Assembly: GCA_030390025.1 (NCBI GenBank)
Contig: CM059436.1
Span: 55,614,001 to 55,678,000, forward strand
DNA from: Squalus acanthias
Taxonomy: Eukaryota
Direction: 5' to 3'
Length of the DNA stretch: 64,000 bases
The notes under the pieces were generated by a model. That model saw only the letters and a program-made list of their open reading frames with translations, had not been told where the DNA came from and made no database searches. A program made the position numbers and the translations under genes. Positions 1 to 11,520 of the stretch are shown one piece after another. Positions within the stretch are counted from its first letter, which is position 1. Each line of letters begins with the position of its first letter.

Positions 1-380
1 AAGGGAAGGTCTGTGATAGGGTGGCAGGCAGGAGATATTAAATGACAAAATGGATGATTGTGCAAGGCAAAATGGGGTGGTAATGGGACAAGTAAAGAAA
101 CAAAGATGGGTCTCGAGGAGGTGTAAATGGGAATAGCAGAATCATTACCAACAGCTGCTGTCTGGAAAAAATGGGAGCGGTGGTTATGATCTGAAATTGT
201 TGAACTCAATGTTGAGTCCAGAAGTCTGTAAAGTGCCTAATCGAAAAATGAAGTGCGGTTCCTCGAGTTTACGTTGAGCTTCATTGGAACAGTGTGGGAG
301 GCCGAGGTCAGAGTGGGAGTGAGGCGGAGAATTAAAATGACAGACGACCAGAAGCTCGGGGTCACACTTATGGCCTGAAT
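1..380 (-). mobile_element. Penelope-like retroelement 3' fragment (end of GIY-YIG endonuclease plus 3' region)
   Basis: Minus-strand translation of about 190-306 reads LGLPHCSNEAQRKLEEPHFIFRLGTLQTSGLNIEFNNFR, typical of the C-terminus of PLE GIY-YIG domains (E..LI.RLGTL.P.GLN). Confidence 0.8.
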
Positions 381-2834
381 GGTTGGTTTAGGTACTTTGG
401 TTTGAACAGCAAGGTTTTGTGATCAGACATTGTCTTAAATAAAATGAATGGTTATGAGATGAACCTGTTTTTAAATGGGCAGTGGTTTCAGCGCTCACCA
501 ATGCTGATTCCAACAATATCTATTTGACCCACATTTCTGCATTTGTGTGAATTTTAGCAGTACTGTAAATGTATACCCTGGAACACCAGAATCTGCAGCA
601 TTTATGAGATTTGAAACACTGAATTAGATAATTTGGATCTGCTAATTAATCAAACAGTCAGAGCCATAAACTCATTGTTCATTAGGATATTTTCAGTCTG
701 AAATCTTCAATGATTGGAAACACATACAATCAGAACAACACTTATCCACACAAACTGAAAAGCAAATATTTAACAAAATTGAGCAATATTTAACAAATTG
801 CTTCTGAAAAATTTTCAATTATTGGAGCTCTTTGCCCTCAACCACATTATATCCACATTAAACATGTATTCAATCTCATATGCATAATGGGTATGTATTT
901 AATCACATCCTATATGTATTGGGTATATACGTAAATAAAATCTTTGAATCAAACCAGAACTTGCTACCGCCACATATCCCTCACTGGTTAAAGAGGGTCA
1001 ATACCACCCTCGAACAGTTAGTTGCGTTGCTATTGTCACTTTTTATTTTGTTTCCTCTCCGTATTAATTGCTCTCTGTGTTTACTTTAATGCCGGGGGAT
1101 TTCCCCACTTCAAATCCATATTTTTCTTAATTGTGTCACCTTGCAGCATAAGTGTGTCAGTGGGAAAATTTGCAAGTGATTAGAAGGGAGCATCTCTCTG
1201 ACTGAACGTATGAGATACATACCCTTATTGGATGTGATTGTGATCTTTTAATATGCAGTCATTGACCCAGGGTTGTTATTATCTATTATCACATATAATG
1301 TAACTCTTTATGATTAAATGATGATGCCCAGCTGAACGCTATGATTGCAAAGGATTAGATTATGTCAGAACGGTAATAAACATAAAATGCTGCTAATGTG
1401 TGGCTAATGAAATCTGGACATGAACAAGTTTATGAATTGATATAATTCATTCAAGTGTTTTAACTGAGCTGCTGGTTCTAGTAATAATTCAAAACCTTAG
1501 CAGGGTTCAGTGATTAGGTGGTAGACTAATTTGCTACAAAAGTCAATGAATTTTCATCGTCCCAGGCTATCATACACAGCATGGCTGATTGCATTAGAAC
1601 TATACAAAGCAGCTCTCATAAATATATTTATTAAGCTTAATATCCTTTGAGATGATAGGACAGATGTTATCACTGCAGCAAATGCACAATTAATCCTTTT
1701 TCATCTATTGTATGTATAGAAATAAAGATACTATAAAGTTCGCTCTGGGAATTAGACACGAAGGTTTTCAAAATTTAAAATAAATCAAATGCAGCTAATG
1801 GAAAAATAGCAACGTGGTAGGATAGCCAGATTAAAATGCTGAAGTTCTCAATCAGTCAAGCTACTTCCTCTTTCTATAGCTAAATGTATCGGAATGAATG
1901 GGCCAGACAAAATCTGCTTTAGTTATAGTTCATTGAAAGAAAACAACTTTCAGAATAAATAGTAAGGGATGCATTTTAGATACGGTCATAGATTGTCAGG
2001 ATGTTAGTCCACCAGTCTTGGGCGCACACTGAATTCTAGCCTGCCTTCATTTTTTTTCCCTTTGAAAGTTTATTTTTAGGTTAATGTATGTATCTATCAA
2101 AAGTTTCTAAAATTACTTTTCGAATTAGTGTTTCCTTTGCATGAAAAATATTGAAGTTGCAATTAAATATATTCAAAAAAGTATTTTATCTTGTTGAACA
2201 TAACCCAATTATATGTAATAAACATATGATATATCCTAACTATTCCATACAGCTATTAAGATACGTATATCTAAATAGCAGTGTTATAAAATCTAAATGG
2301 TAAAACGTTGCTATTCTCCAGTGTGAATATAAAATTTATTACATAGTATGAGAACACTAATACTGCTAAATTAATATAGACAGCAGTGCAAGATCACACC
2401 ATCTTTCTTAGGCCTCCAAGCAACTCAGTGACCCATTATAAACTATCCCATCTTTGGTGTTGCTTTCTCATACTAACATCAGACCCATTTCTCCGACATA
2501 TGGGACACGCGCCAATTGGAATGTCCCGAAGGTGATCAGCCTCCACCTAACACTAGAACAGTACCAAGTAGTCTGGACTCCTTTCCTGGGACCAGTGCAA
2601 CAAGACAACCCCTCCCTATAAACACCACAGTTAACCATATAGAGAGAGGGGCACTACAAGAACAGAAACCCAGCCCAACTGCACTCCAGACAAGACAGTG
2701 TAGACCCTCTGTAGTCCATTCAAGGAGCCCTAGTGACCCCTCCCACAAATGATGGCCACTTTCACACTGCCAACAAATCACAATCATGAAATGTATAACA
2801 TTACTATACTGGTATGTACAACGGAATCAGGAAA

Positions 2835-2973
2835 CTGATGACAAAAGGTCATCAACCTAAAACGTTAACCCTATATATTCCTCTCTCCACAGTAGTTGTC
2901 TAACCTGCTGATTGTTTCCAGCATTTTCTGTTTTTATTTCAGATTTCCAGCAACTGCAGTATTTTGCTTTTGT
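2835..2973 (+). repeat. Penelope-type terminal repeat fragment with degenerate minimal hammerhead motif
   Basis: ctgatga-caaa-aggtc-atc-aacct-aaaacgttaac followed by ctctctccacag...cctgctga...ttccagcattttctgtttttatttcagatttccagc. It is homologous to the minus-strand copies at 11161-11230 and 37491-37579. Confidence 0.65.
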
Positions 2974-4139
2974 CACATAGCACATTGTGCAACAATTGCA
3001 CCAACACAGCCTCCCAGGATATTTGGATTCAACACCTCAAGTCATCCTCAGCTTCTGACAGGGCTTCACAAAAACTAATGAGATTATCATTTGATTTCTC
3101 CCAAAAATGTATTTGCAATCATGGTTGATACATACGGTATGAAAAAGTTTGTCTCAGTTGTTATTGGTGTTGAGTTGTAATTACTTCATGACCTTTATTG
3201 TCTCTAGGAAAGCTGTATTTCCCTATAGGTGTACGTATGCTCATTAGTGAACCAAAACCTCAAGTAATTATGTGTCAATGATATCCATAAGCAAAAAAAA
3301 AAATCACACTATACATCTAATGTGCATGCTTATAGGGTAAATAGTTAAATCCCTTAAAGTAAGCCCGTATAGTGAGAACTCTTGTCAATAGTGATTTCCC
3401 CCTGATTTCGGTCTCAAAAACTAATTGGCGAATTAAATTCAAGCCTGCATTAAGAGACCAGCTGTCTACAATGGCCAGCTGAAGATTGTCCCATAGGTGC
3501 TGCTTAAAAATGTAGTTTCATTGTGTGGTTGGCAGTAGAGGCCTGAAAAGGCTGCATGACTCATGAGTGCGCAATGAGTGGATTATCAAGATCTTTTCAG
3601 CAACAAAATAAAAGCGAGGATTTTATTGTTGACCGTATATAGATTTATATTTAAAATTTGCATTTTTCTTAAGCATATATCCTTCGGGATTTAAAAATAT
3701 TTCAGACCACTGGGAGACAAATGAGCCAGTGCATTAAGTATACAATGAACCTTGAATGAAGATAATCAATAATATGCTCACTTGTGTGATATATTAGTTC
3801 TAAAATTCACTGTATGAATATCTCATGCGTAATAATTCTGGCTGGTTTCTGATGACAGGCGATATTTTGGAGCATAAAATCCTTGGCCATTTTGGCGCAC
3901 TTCCATCATAACTCAGCTGTGAGTATGTTGGAAGGGCCAGAAATTAGGCTGGGATCTGGATAACGAGGTCCTGGCATAATATTGGGAATTTCCTTACAAG
4001 ATGAGACCAGGCATAACAAACAAACAGGGTTGAGAGGGAAAAACTCACTTTCTTGGGAGGTGGGAGGGGGGGACCTTAACACCCCTCCCACATTTCCACC
4101 GTACTTTACAGCCTTGGGGGAAGGCAGGAATCCACGACA

Positions 4140-4570
4140 CATCCCTGCCTCAGCTCATCTGCTGCTGAAACCCTCATCCATGCCTTTGTTACCTCTAGCC
4201 TTGACTATTTCAATGTACTTCTGGCCGGCCTCCCATTTCCTACCCGTTGTAAACTTGAGGTCATCCAAAAACTCTGCTGCCCATGTCCTAACTCACACCG
4301 AGTCCCGTTCACCCATCACCCCTGTGCTCACTGACCTACATTGGCTCCTGGTTAAGCAACGCCTTGATTTTAAAATTCTCATCCTTGTTTTCAAAACCTC
4401 ACTGCCTCGCTACCTCTCTTTCCTCCTTCAAGACGCTCCTTAAAACCTACCTCATCTGCTCTAACATCTCCTTTTGTAGCTCGATGTCAAATTTTGTTTG
4501 ATAACGCTCCTGTGAAGCGCCATGGGACGTTTTACTACGTTAAATGCGCTATATAAATACAAGTTGTTAT
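4140..4570 (+). mobile_element. L2-clade LINE 3' fragment
   Basis: Translates to ETLIHAFVTS.LDY and HVLTHTESRSPITPVLTDLHWLLVKQRLDFKILILVFK. It ends in the L2 tail gtgaagcgcc...gcgctatataaatacaagttgtt and is near-identical to 36480-37075. Confidence 0.85.
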
Positions 4571-4868
4571 ATGGTAAGGATGCCCAATGGAGCCTTGCAA
4601 ATGGAGTGACCTCTCACTGACACACTTGGACCTGCTGTATGAGCTTCCTTTAGAAACAGGAGCCTCCATCTGCACTAATCATCTATCTGCAGATGCAGGG
4701 ATGGATGTACTGGTAGGTGGGCACAGAGCACCTCTCGTGCAGCCTGATCTACCGGCATTCTACCGTTAGTTCTGGTCGTCTTCTTCCAAACACATCAGAA
4801 GGTTGATTCCCACTGGTGGGGGCCAAAAAGAATTAAAACAGATGGCACAAAGGCTTATGAGAAGCTAA

Positions 4869-5440
4869 GGGGGTAATTTTAACCCCTCAAAATGTGTGAG
4901 TTGGGTGAGATGTAAAAATTTTTAACATCTCAAACCTGACCCCAACCCGCCCACTTTGTTAACGGAGGTGGGACAGGAGGTGGGTTGGCAATTTAAATAT
5001 TATAATGAGGCTGGGAGTCTCACATTTAACCTGATTTACAGGTTTAACCCTGGCCGGCCGGGTTTTCCAGGTTTCGGGAATCCCAGCTGCTCAAGTGAGG
5101 CGAGGACAACTTTGGGGAAAAGCTAAGTGCCCTTACAGCACTACTTATGGGCCTGGAGGAGCAGGAGTGCTTCCTCCCAGCCCACCAAGCTTACCTGCTT
5201 CTGGGGCATCGTCCCCCCGCCAAGACTTCCCCCCCGGATCAGGGATTGGATTCCACCCCCCCCCCCAACCCCGGGATTGGTCCGCCCGCCCCCCCCCCCC
5301 ACACGCTCCCACTAACGCAGCAGCAGATTCCTTGTTCCTTACCTGCTCCTACGGTTCCAGCCTTCTCTGAAGAGCTCCCTGCCTGGCTGGGAGCCAGGCC
5401 TGTCCATGCTGCTGGTTTCCAGGTGGGGATCCTGAATGTC
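4869..5440. mobile_element. Non-autonomous Harbinger-like element fragment
   Basis: Starts gggggtaattttaacccc. Its left part resembles the reverse complement of the Harbinger end at about 51500-51828. The right boundary is approximate. Confidence 0.45.
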
Positions 5441-5605
5441 TGAAATACACTTGCCTAACATTACGATGTCCTTTTAAATTAAGTTTTGTATGTCTACTAC
5501 TGCCTAACAACTTGGATGTCCAATTCACTGGGGTGCAAGTCAGAATTCCCCCAAAAAATCAGCTGAGCCTATTTATTGGGCATGTGGGGGGCGCAGGGAG
5601 CAGTT

Positions 5606-5803
5606 CCATGGCATTGTTTGAAGAAGAACAGGGAGTGCTCCCAACGTCCTGGACAACAGCCTTGCTTCAATCAACACCGCGATCATGTACTGTCTCTCAG
5701 GTCTTGTTGTGCACACGTTGGCTGCTGCATTTGCCTGTGTAAGAACAGTGACAACACTTCAAAAGTAATTCATTATATGTGAGGTGCTTTGTCATGTCAG
5801 AAG
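5606..5803 (+). mobile_element. DeuSINE/SacSINE1-like SINE, 5' piece (its 3' tail resumes at 7455-7482 after an LTR insertion)
   Basis: ccatggcattgtttgaagaagaacaggg...ttggctgctgcattt...cagtgacaacacttcaaaagtaattcatt resembles the Deu domain and L2-derived tail as I recall them. The tail gaaggcattatataaatgcaag continues directly after the LTR. Confidence 0.65.
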
Positions 5804-7454
5804 TGTAGAATTCGCAAATTATCGCGATTTCGAAATAACGAGATAGAGACATACAGTTTCGTAAAAAACAGCTTTATTTCAGCAAAATGCTGTCAGGTTT
5901 CAAAACGGACACAAGCAGCCTGTAAAATGGCCGCCACGCCTCGTGGCAGAAGGTTCTAGACTTTCAGCAGGCAGACAAGATGGCGTTTCAATAAACATTT
6001 CAGCAAGATCGGACAGTACTCAGCATATTGAGATAAGACAAGACGAGATCGTTTTGCATTTTAACACCCAAGCAAGGAATATAAGTGCTGGAATCGGGTT
6101 TTCCATGCACAAATGAGAGCTATTGTACTGGGCAATCAAGGGGCCCATCCAAAGACATTGATACGCAAATTCCCCATGGCTCTACGATGAGAGAGCCGTT
6201 CGCGGGTACTCACAGCAAGAATTCGGAGGCCCCCAAAACCCCTCCAGGGAGACTCCTAGCCGGTTCCACAAGGGGAGAAATATTAACGGATACTCAGACA
6301 GTTACAAGTATCACCGAAACCCATTAACGACAAGTACCACCCCATACAAGAAGTTTGAGTGCCAAAACATGACAAAAGATGAACATTAAGATTGGGCGGG
6401 AGATAAAGAATTACAGTACTATAACTGTAGTAAACAAATGTCCATCTCTTCTCTTGACTCTCTTGATTCGACCCCTGGCTCTCGTTTGCAGCCTACCGAG
6501 CTCTTGGTCCGCTGATCTTCCAGGAGTCAACCTCGTGGCTTGCTGCGAAGATCTGTGAAGAGCTGGGCTGCGAAGGCCGGTAAGCGGGTACACCATCCCG
6601 AGGGTCGGTAGACGGTGTAGGGACCCGAAGGCCCGACGAGACGAAACAAGACAAGAAGAAGAAGAAGACGACTACACGTGCCGCCGCGGTCAGTAAACCC
6701 CGACCGCGCCCGAACTATAAAGACCATTTACAGGTTACCACACGAATTCTACCGCCAACCGGTGTCGGGCACAGGAAGACTCTTTTTTTTTTGAATTTTA
6801 CCCGCCAACTGGTGTCGGGCACAGGAAGACTCTTCTTTGAGTTTTATCAGAGTTCCGAGGTCAACACAGATCTTCATGACAGCAGACGGTCCAGCCTGCT
6901 AGCCGGAGCAAAGCGAGTAAACAAGTGGGGTACAGAGACCCCTGATCAACATGTGGATAGTCAGGTGCTGTGGTGAAAACATCCGAGCAGCATTTCGGAA
7001 TTCTCCGAGTTATCACGAGTGGTGAGCATGAGTCTCGATCCTACAGATCTAGATTAGGACAGGTGTTGATAGGGGAGGGTTTTTGTTTTAAGGATAATTA
7101 TAATGTGTGTCCCCTTTTACGATGTGTCGTGCGCTCCTCGTTTCCCTAAACCTAGTTTCCTAAATGTATGTAAGCTTGTACTGTCATTAATCTGTGCTTA
7201 TGACATGTATTTCGTAATCTTGAATAATATGCAATAAAGATTTTCCATTTCGTACTATTCAACCGGGTCTACCTGAGTTTTCTCTGCATTATTGATCTCG
7301 CACCTAAGTCCAGTGTCAGAACCGTAAGGGCGAGTGGGTCGAACCACTCACAGGTGTATAATGCTACCAGGCTGGCTGGAGACCAGAACAGGCAACAAGG
7401 CCTAACCCCGCACTAGCACCCAGGCTAAGCACAGAGCCACACGAACCCCTTACA
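5804..7454 (+). mobile_element. Solo LTR, 1651 bp (ERV or Gypsy type)
   Basis: Termini TGTAGA...CTTACA. GAAG is duplicated at 5800-5803 and 7455-7458. It interrupts a SINE cleanly, has no long ORF, and is CpG-rich. AATAAA at about 7233 and TATA-like motifs at about 6419 and 6716 suggest + orientation. Confidence 0.85.
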
Positions 7455-7509
7455 GAAGGCATTATATAAATGCAAGTTTTTTAGATAACAGTCTGACAAG
7501 AAAGTGGTT

Positions 7510-8470
7510 AAAGAGGACCTTATTGAGGAATATAGAATATTAAATGGTAAGCACACGTTAAACCCAGAATATTATTTTAATCTTCGCTAGGAAAGTAGAA
7601 CCACAGAACATGGGCTGGATTTGGGGAATTTGTCCATTTTCAACTAATCCAAGGACTTGTTCCAGGGAAACTGGGTTGTGGAGGTCTATCAACAAATCCC
7701 CGCCCCCAGTTGCCACTGATGTTGGCCACCCAACCCTTGCTCACTCCGCCACATGTAAATAAGGACAAGGGGACAACCTTGGGAGTTCAGATGTTTTCTC
7801 TTCCATTTATGCTTCTGAACATCAATGGAAAGGAAGTCCGGAAGAAAGGAGGTTGACGGCAGGACTGGACTGTAGCCATGGGCGGCAGGAAGACTGCCTG
7901 ATGGATAAGAGATGGAAGAATATCTAACTGGCTATTCTGTTGCTGCTGAGCTCATTCAGAGCCCCTTCAACATGTTGTGCAAAAACATTTAGGCGGGTTT
8001 CTGCCCCGCACATTTGAGATGCTGCAATGAGTGACCCATTGCAGCACTGCAACCGTCCCTCCTCAGCCTTCCTCTGAAGAGCACAGATACTGCTTGAACC
8101 CTGCCCTGCATACCTAATTAACCCTGACCCCAGAAAATGGGTCAGGATTATGGTGGGGTCAGACCAGCAGGTGAAAGTTCTACCCTGACCCACCTCTGGT
8201 GGTGATACCACCCCTATGGAAAATCCCCCCCCCCATAAATTTAAATGAGTGAAAAGTAATATTAAATAATAGAAAAAACTTCTTTATTGAAAGAGTGATA
8301 AATGTTTCCAATAATCTACCAGACAGGGTAGTAGGGATAACAATATTAGGTATGTTCACAATGCAGCTAGCTGTTATAATGAGAAGTTAGTGTACCAGAG
8401 GGAGGAGCTTTGATGGGCAAATGACTTTTTTTTCCATCCTTGACCTTTCAAATGGTTTTATGTTTCAGAA
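7510..8470 (+). mobile_element. Old CR1 3' fragment interrupted by a MITE (about 7612-8233)
   Basis: ttaaagaggaccttattgagg (LRGDLIE-like), ttctttattgaaagagtgataaat (FF..RV.N) and a degenerate CR1 tail. The insert is bounded by gggctggattt and aaaatccccccc. Confidence 0.5.
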
Positions 8471-8799
8471 TTTAAATTGAGCCTTACCTGCAGCAAAACG
8501 TCAAATCAGAATGCCAGTAACACCCTTTCTGGGGTATGATTTGAGAAATTGTTGTAGCTTGTGTTTTCCATGTAGGCACAAGGGATTTATGACTGAAATC
8601 TGGGCTTAACCCTTAGTTAATAGTCTCTTTGCATCCATGTGAAAAAGCAGAGTTGACTTCTAGTGGCTCATGCTGGCTCAAGACAAGTGTAACTGTTTTC
8701 AGTTATGTGTGTAATGATTGTAAAATTATAATCAACTTAATACTTAAGTGAAATGGATTTATGGACAAAGAATTTATACAGGTAGCTATCCATCAGAGT

Positions 8800-9395
8800 A
8801 TTACATAGTACTTACACCACAGAAACAGGCCACAGAAACAGGCCATTCAGCCCAACAGGTCCATGCCGGTGTTTATGCTCCACATGGGCCTCCTCCCACC
8901 CTTCTTCATCTACCCCCATCAACATATCCTTCTATTCCTTTCCTCCTTCATGTGTTTATCTATGCTATTTGCCTCAACTACTCCTTGTGGTAGAGAGTTC
9001 AACATTCGAACCAGTCTCTGGGTAAAGAAGTTTCTCCTGAATTCACTATTGGATTTATTAGTGACCATCATATATTTATAGCCCTAGTTCTAGTCTTGCC
9101 TGCAAGTGGAAATATCTTCTCTATATCTACCCTATTAACCCATTTCATAATTTTAAAGACTGCTTAAAGTCTTCTCTTTTCTAGAGAAAAGATCCCAAGC
9201 TTTTTCAATCTTTCTTGATGGGTATAACCTCTCAGTTCTGGTAACATTCTAGAAAATCTTTTTTGCAGCTTCGCCAGTGCCTCTCTGTTTTTATAATATG
9301 GAGACCAGAACTGTTCACAGTACTCCAAATGTGGTCAAACCAAGGTTCGATACAAGTTTAGCATAACTTCTCTGCTTTTCAATTCTATCCCTCTG
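8800..9395 (-). mobile_element. CR1 LINE 3' fragment
   Basis: The reverse complement contains HLEYCEQFWSP and RRNFFTQRLVRMLNSLPQGVVEA. It is the same subfamily as 42085-42770. Confidence 0.85.
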
Positions 9396-11160
9396 TTGAA
9401 ATCCTATCAAAGGTAAAGAAACACAATTATAGTTTGTAGACACTTCAGCCTAGATTTTCCATTAGCCAGCATCTGATTTTCTGGCACTAATTGGGTGGGT
9501 GGCAGTGAGAATTGGGACACAGATCCATAATGCCAAATCTCTGCCCACCATAACTGCACCCTCTTATCTGTCATCATTTTCGGGGTCTGTAAATGGGATA
9601 GTAATGATTTGGTGACATCATATGCCCCATTTTTCATAATTTCCACCTCATTTTAGTTGACACATATTCCTGACTCTTTTATATATCAGTGTCCAGGGTT
9701 GCAAGGCTCCATGGAGAAAGCAGAACAGAAATGAATTTAAAGGTAATATTGTCAGGTACAGTTGAAAGCTTATTTCTCATTTAAACTTTTTTACAAATTG
9801 TCATGAATGCAAACCTTTGAAGATGCATACTTTCACAAACTTAATTTGATGTGATTGATTCAAAAGTGTTGAATTGCTCTGGATTTGTTCCAGATATGAT
9901 AAATACGAATATCTCAAATCTCACAATTAATAAGCTCTAAATGCTGCCTTTGTGTAACATCCATTAGTTAAGGTTAAAACCAATTGAGGTAAGCCATATG
10001 CTGCCATGGTTAATTCATTTTCTCTTAATTAGTTTTCTTATTGGTTTCATGCAAAGAGGAGAACAGACCGAGTCAACATACGCTATATGACATTATAGCC
10101 TAGAAATTACTTTCAGCATAAAGATTTACACCAATTCAGTGTTACTGGGTAGCAACTTGGAGAGTCTATCATTTTCTGCGAATCCTAGCCAGATCCTGTT
10201 TGTCCTGAAATTACACATGTGATGCGTTAATTCCATCTTAATGAAATGGGCATTACAGCTGAGTCAGGTTCTTGCATATTTGGGATCAGAAGGGAAGTGC
10301 TGATGTTTCACAGTTTGTGCAGACAGAGGGTAGATTTTCTAACAGGTTACACATAACTGATCGAATAAAGTGGATGTTACCAATCAAAAAAATAGGTAGA
10401 GATCCATTACTCCAGAATTCTGTCCAATTAGCATCCCATATGGTTTTCCAGTTGAATTTTTTACTGGTGCCAGAATGCCCACCATTTTGCAATTAATTGT
10501 ATTAAAATTAGAATCCAATTATGTTATTTAGACATCCACCCAGTTTCCTGAAGTTTACATCAGTATAGAGCTCAAACATTTACCTGCTCATATAAAATGG
10601 GTGTCCAGGGTGCTATTTATGGAAGTGATTTTTAAGAGCCATATAGTAGGATTTTCGCAGCATTTTGAGGCTATCTCGAAATCATTTACTGTGTTTTTTT
10701 CCTGTTTGCACATAGCTAGTCAGGAGGCTTTGTGCCTAGTGTTCTGGCACTGCCATCCATGATATTGGTACATTGGGTTTCCCAATAAGAATCCCCCTTT
10801 GCTTAGGTATTCTAGAGGAAGGGTTGCTAGGCAGGTGAAGCTGCACCAGAAACAGACTGCGCTCACATGGTGTGTGTACGTGCAACCCTAATCTATGACT
10901 TCTCTTGAGTGCTCTTCCCTTGTGGAATGAATTGTGCTGGCTGCCTGCAAGATTTCAGTGACAGTTGGTTGGGATTAGCATGGCTTTGTGCCTCCTTGTG
11001 ATAGTTCATGTGTAATATTTCAGTAGCCCAAATGCAGATTAAGGGTTCTCTGTTATGATACGCAATTGTTTAACAATTTATTGGACAGTAAAACCAATGG
11101 ATGCGACCGGTGATACTGAACCTGAGTGAATATCTAGCGCAAAAACTGTGACAATGGTGG

Positions 11161-11230
11161 CAGGTCAGGCAGCATCTGTGGAAAAACAGAAGTCAGTCAA
11201 TGTTTCAGATCTAAAGACCATTCCTCAGGA
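11161..11230 (-). repeat. Penelope-type terminal repeat fragment with degenerate hammerhead motif
   Basis: Minus strand reads ctgagga-at-ggtc-ttta-gatc-t-gaaacattga...ccacagatgctgcctgacctg. Confidence 0.55.
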
Positions 11231-11239
11231 AGCCAAGAA

Positions 11240-11520
11240 GACAGGGAGTAAGGAGTAGACCAGTATCAGAGGAGTGAAGGGTGCAAGCAGGGATATATAG
11301 GAGGAGGAGATTGCTGAGGTAGAGTGAGGCAAGGCTCTGGAAGCATTTTAAGGTGAAGACAAAGATTTAGAAATTGATACAAAGGGGTTAGAGGTTTAGT
11401 GAAGCCTAGCAAGAACCAGGGTAATTAAAGGGCAGGGCTTGAGTGGGTAAGGACATAAACAGCTGCGTTCTGTACAATTAATGCAAAGTGGGAAGGGAGG
11501 GAGATGAGGGAAAAAGTACT
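11240..11520 (-). mobile_element. Old L2 LINE fragment
   Basis: Minus frame reads VQNAAVYVLTH and resembles the L2 copy at 36590-36800. Confidence 0.5.
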
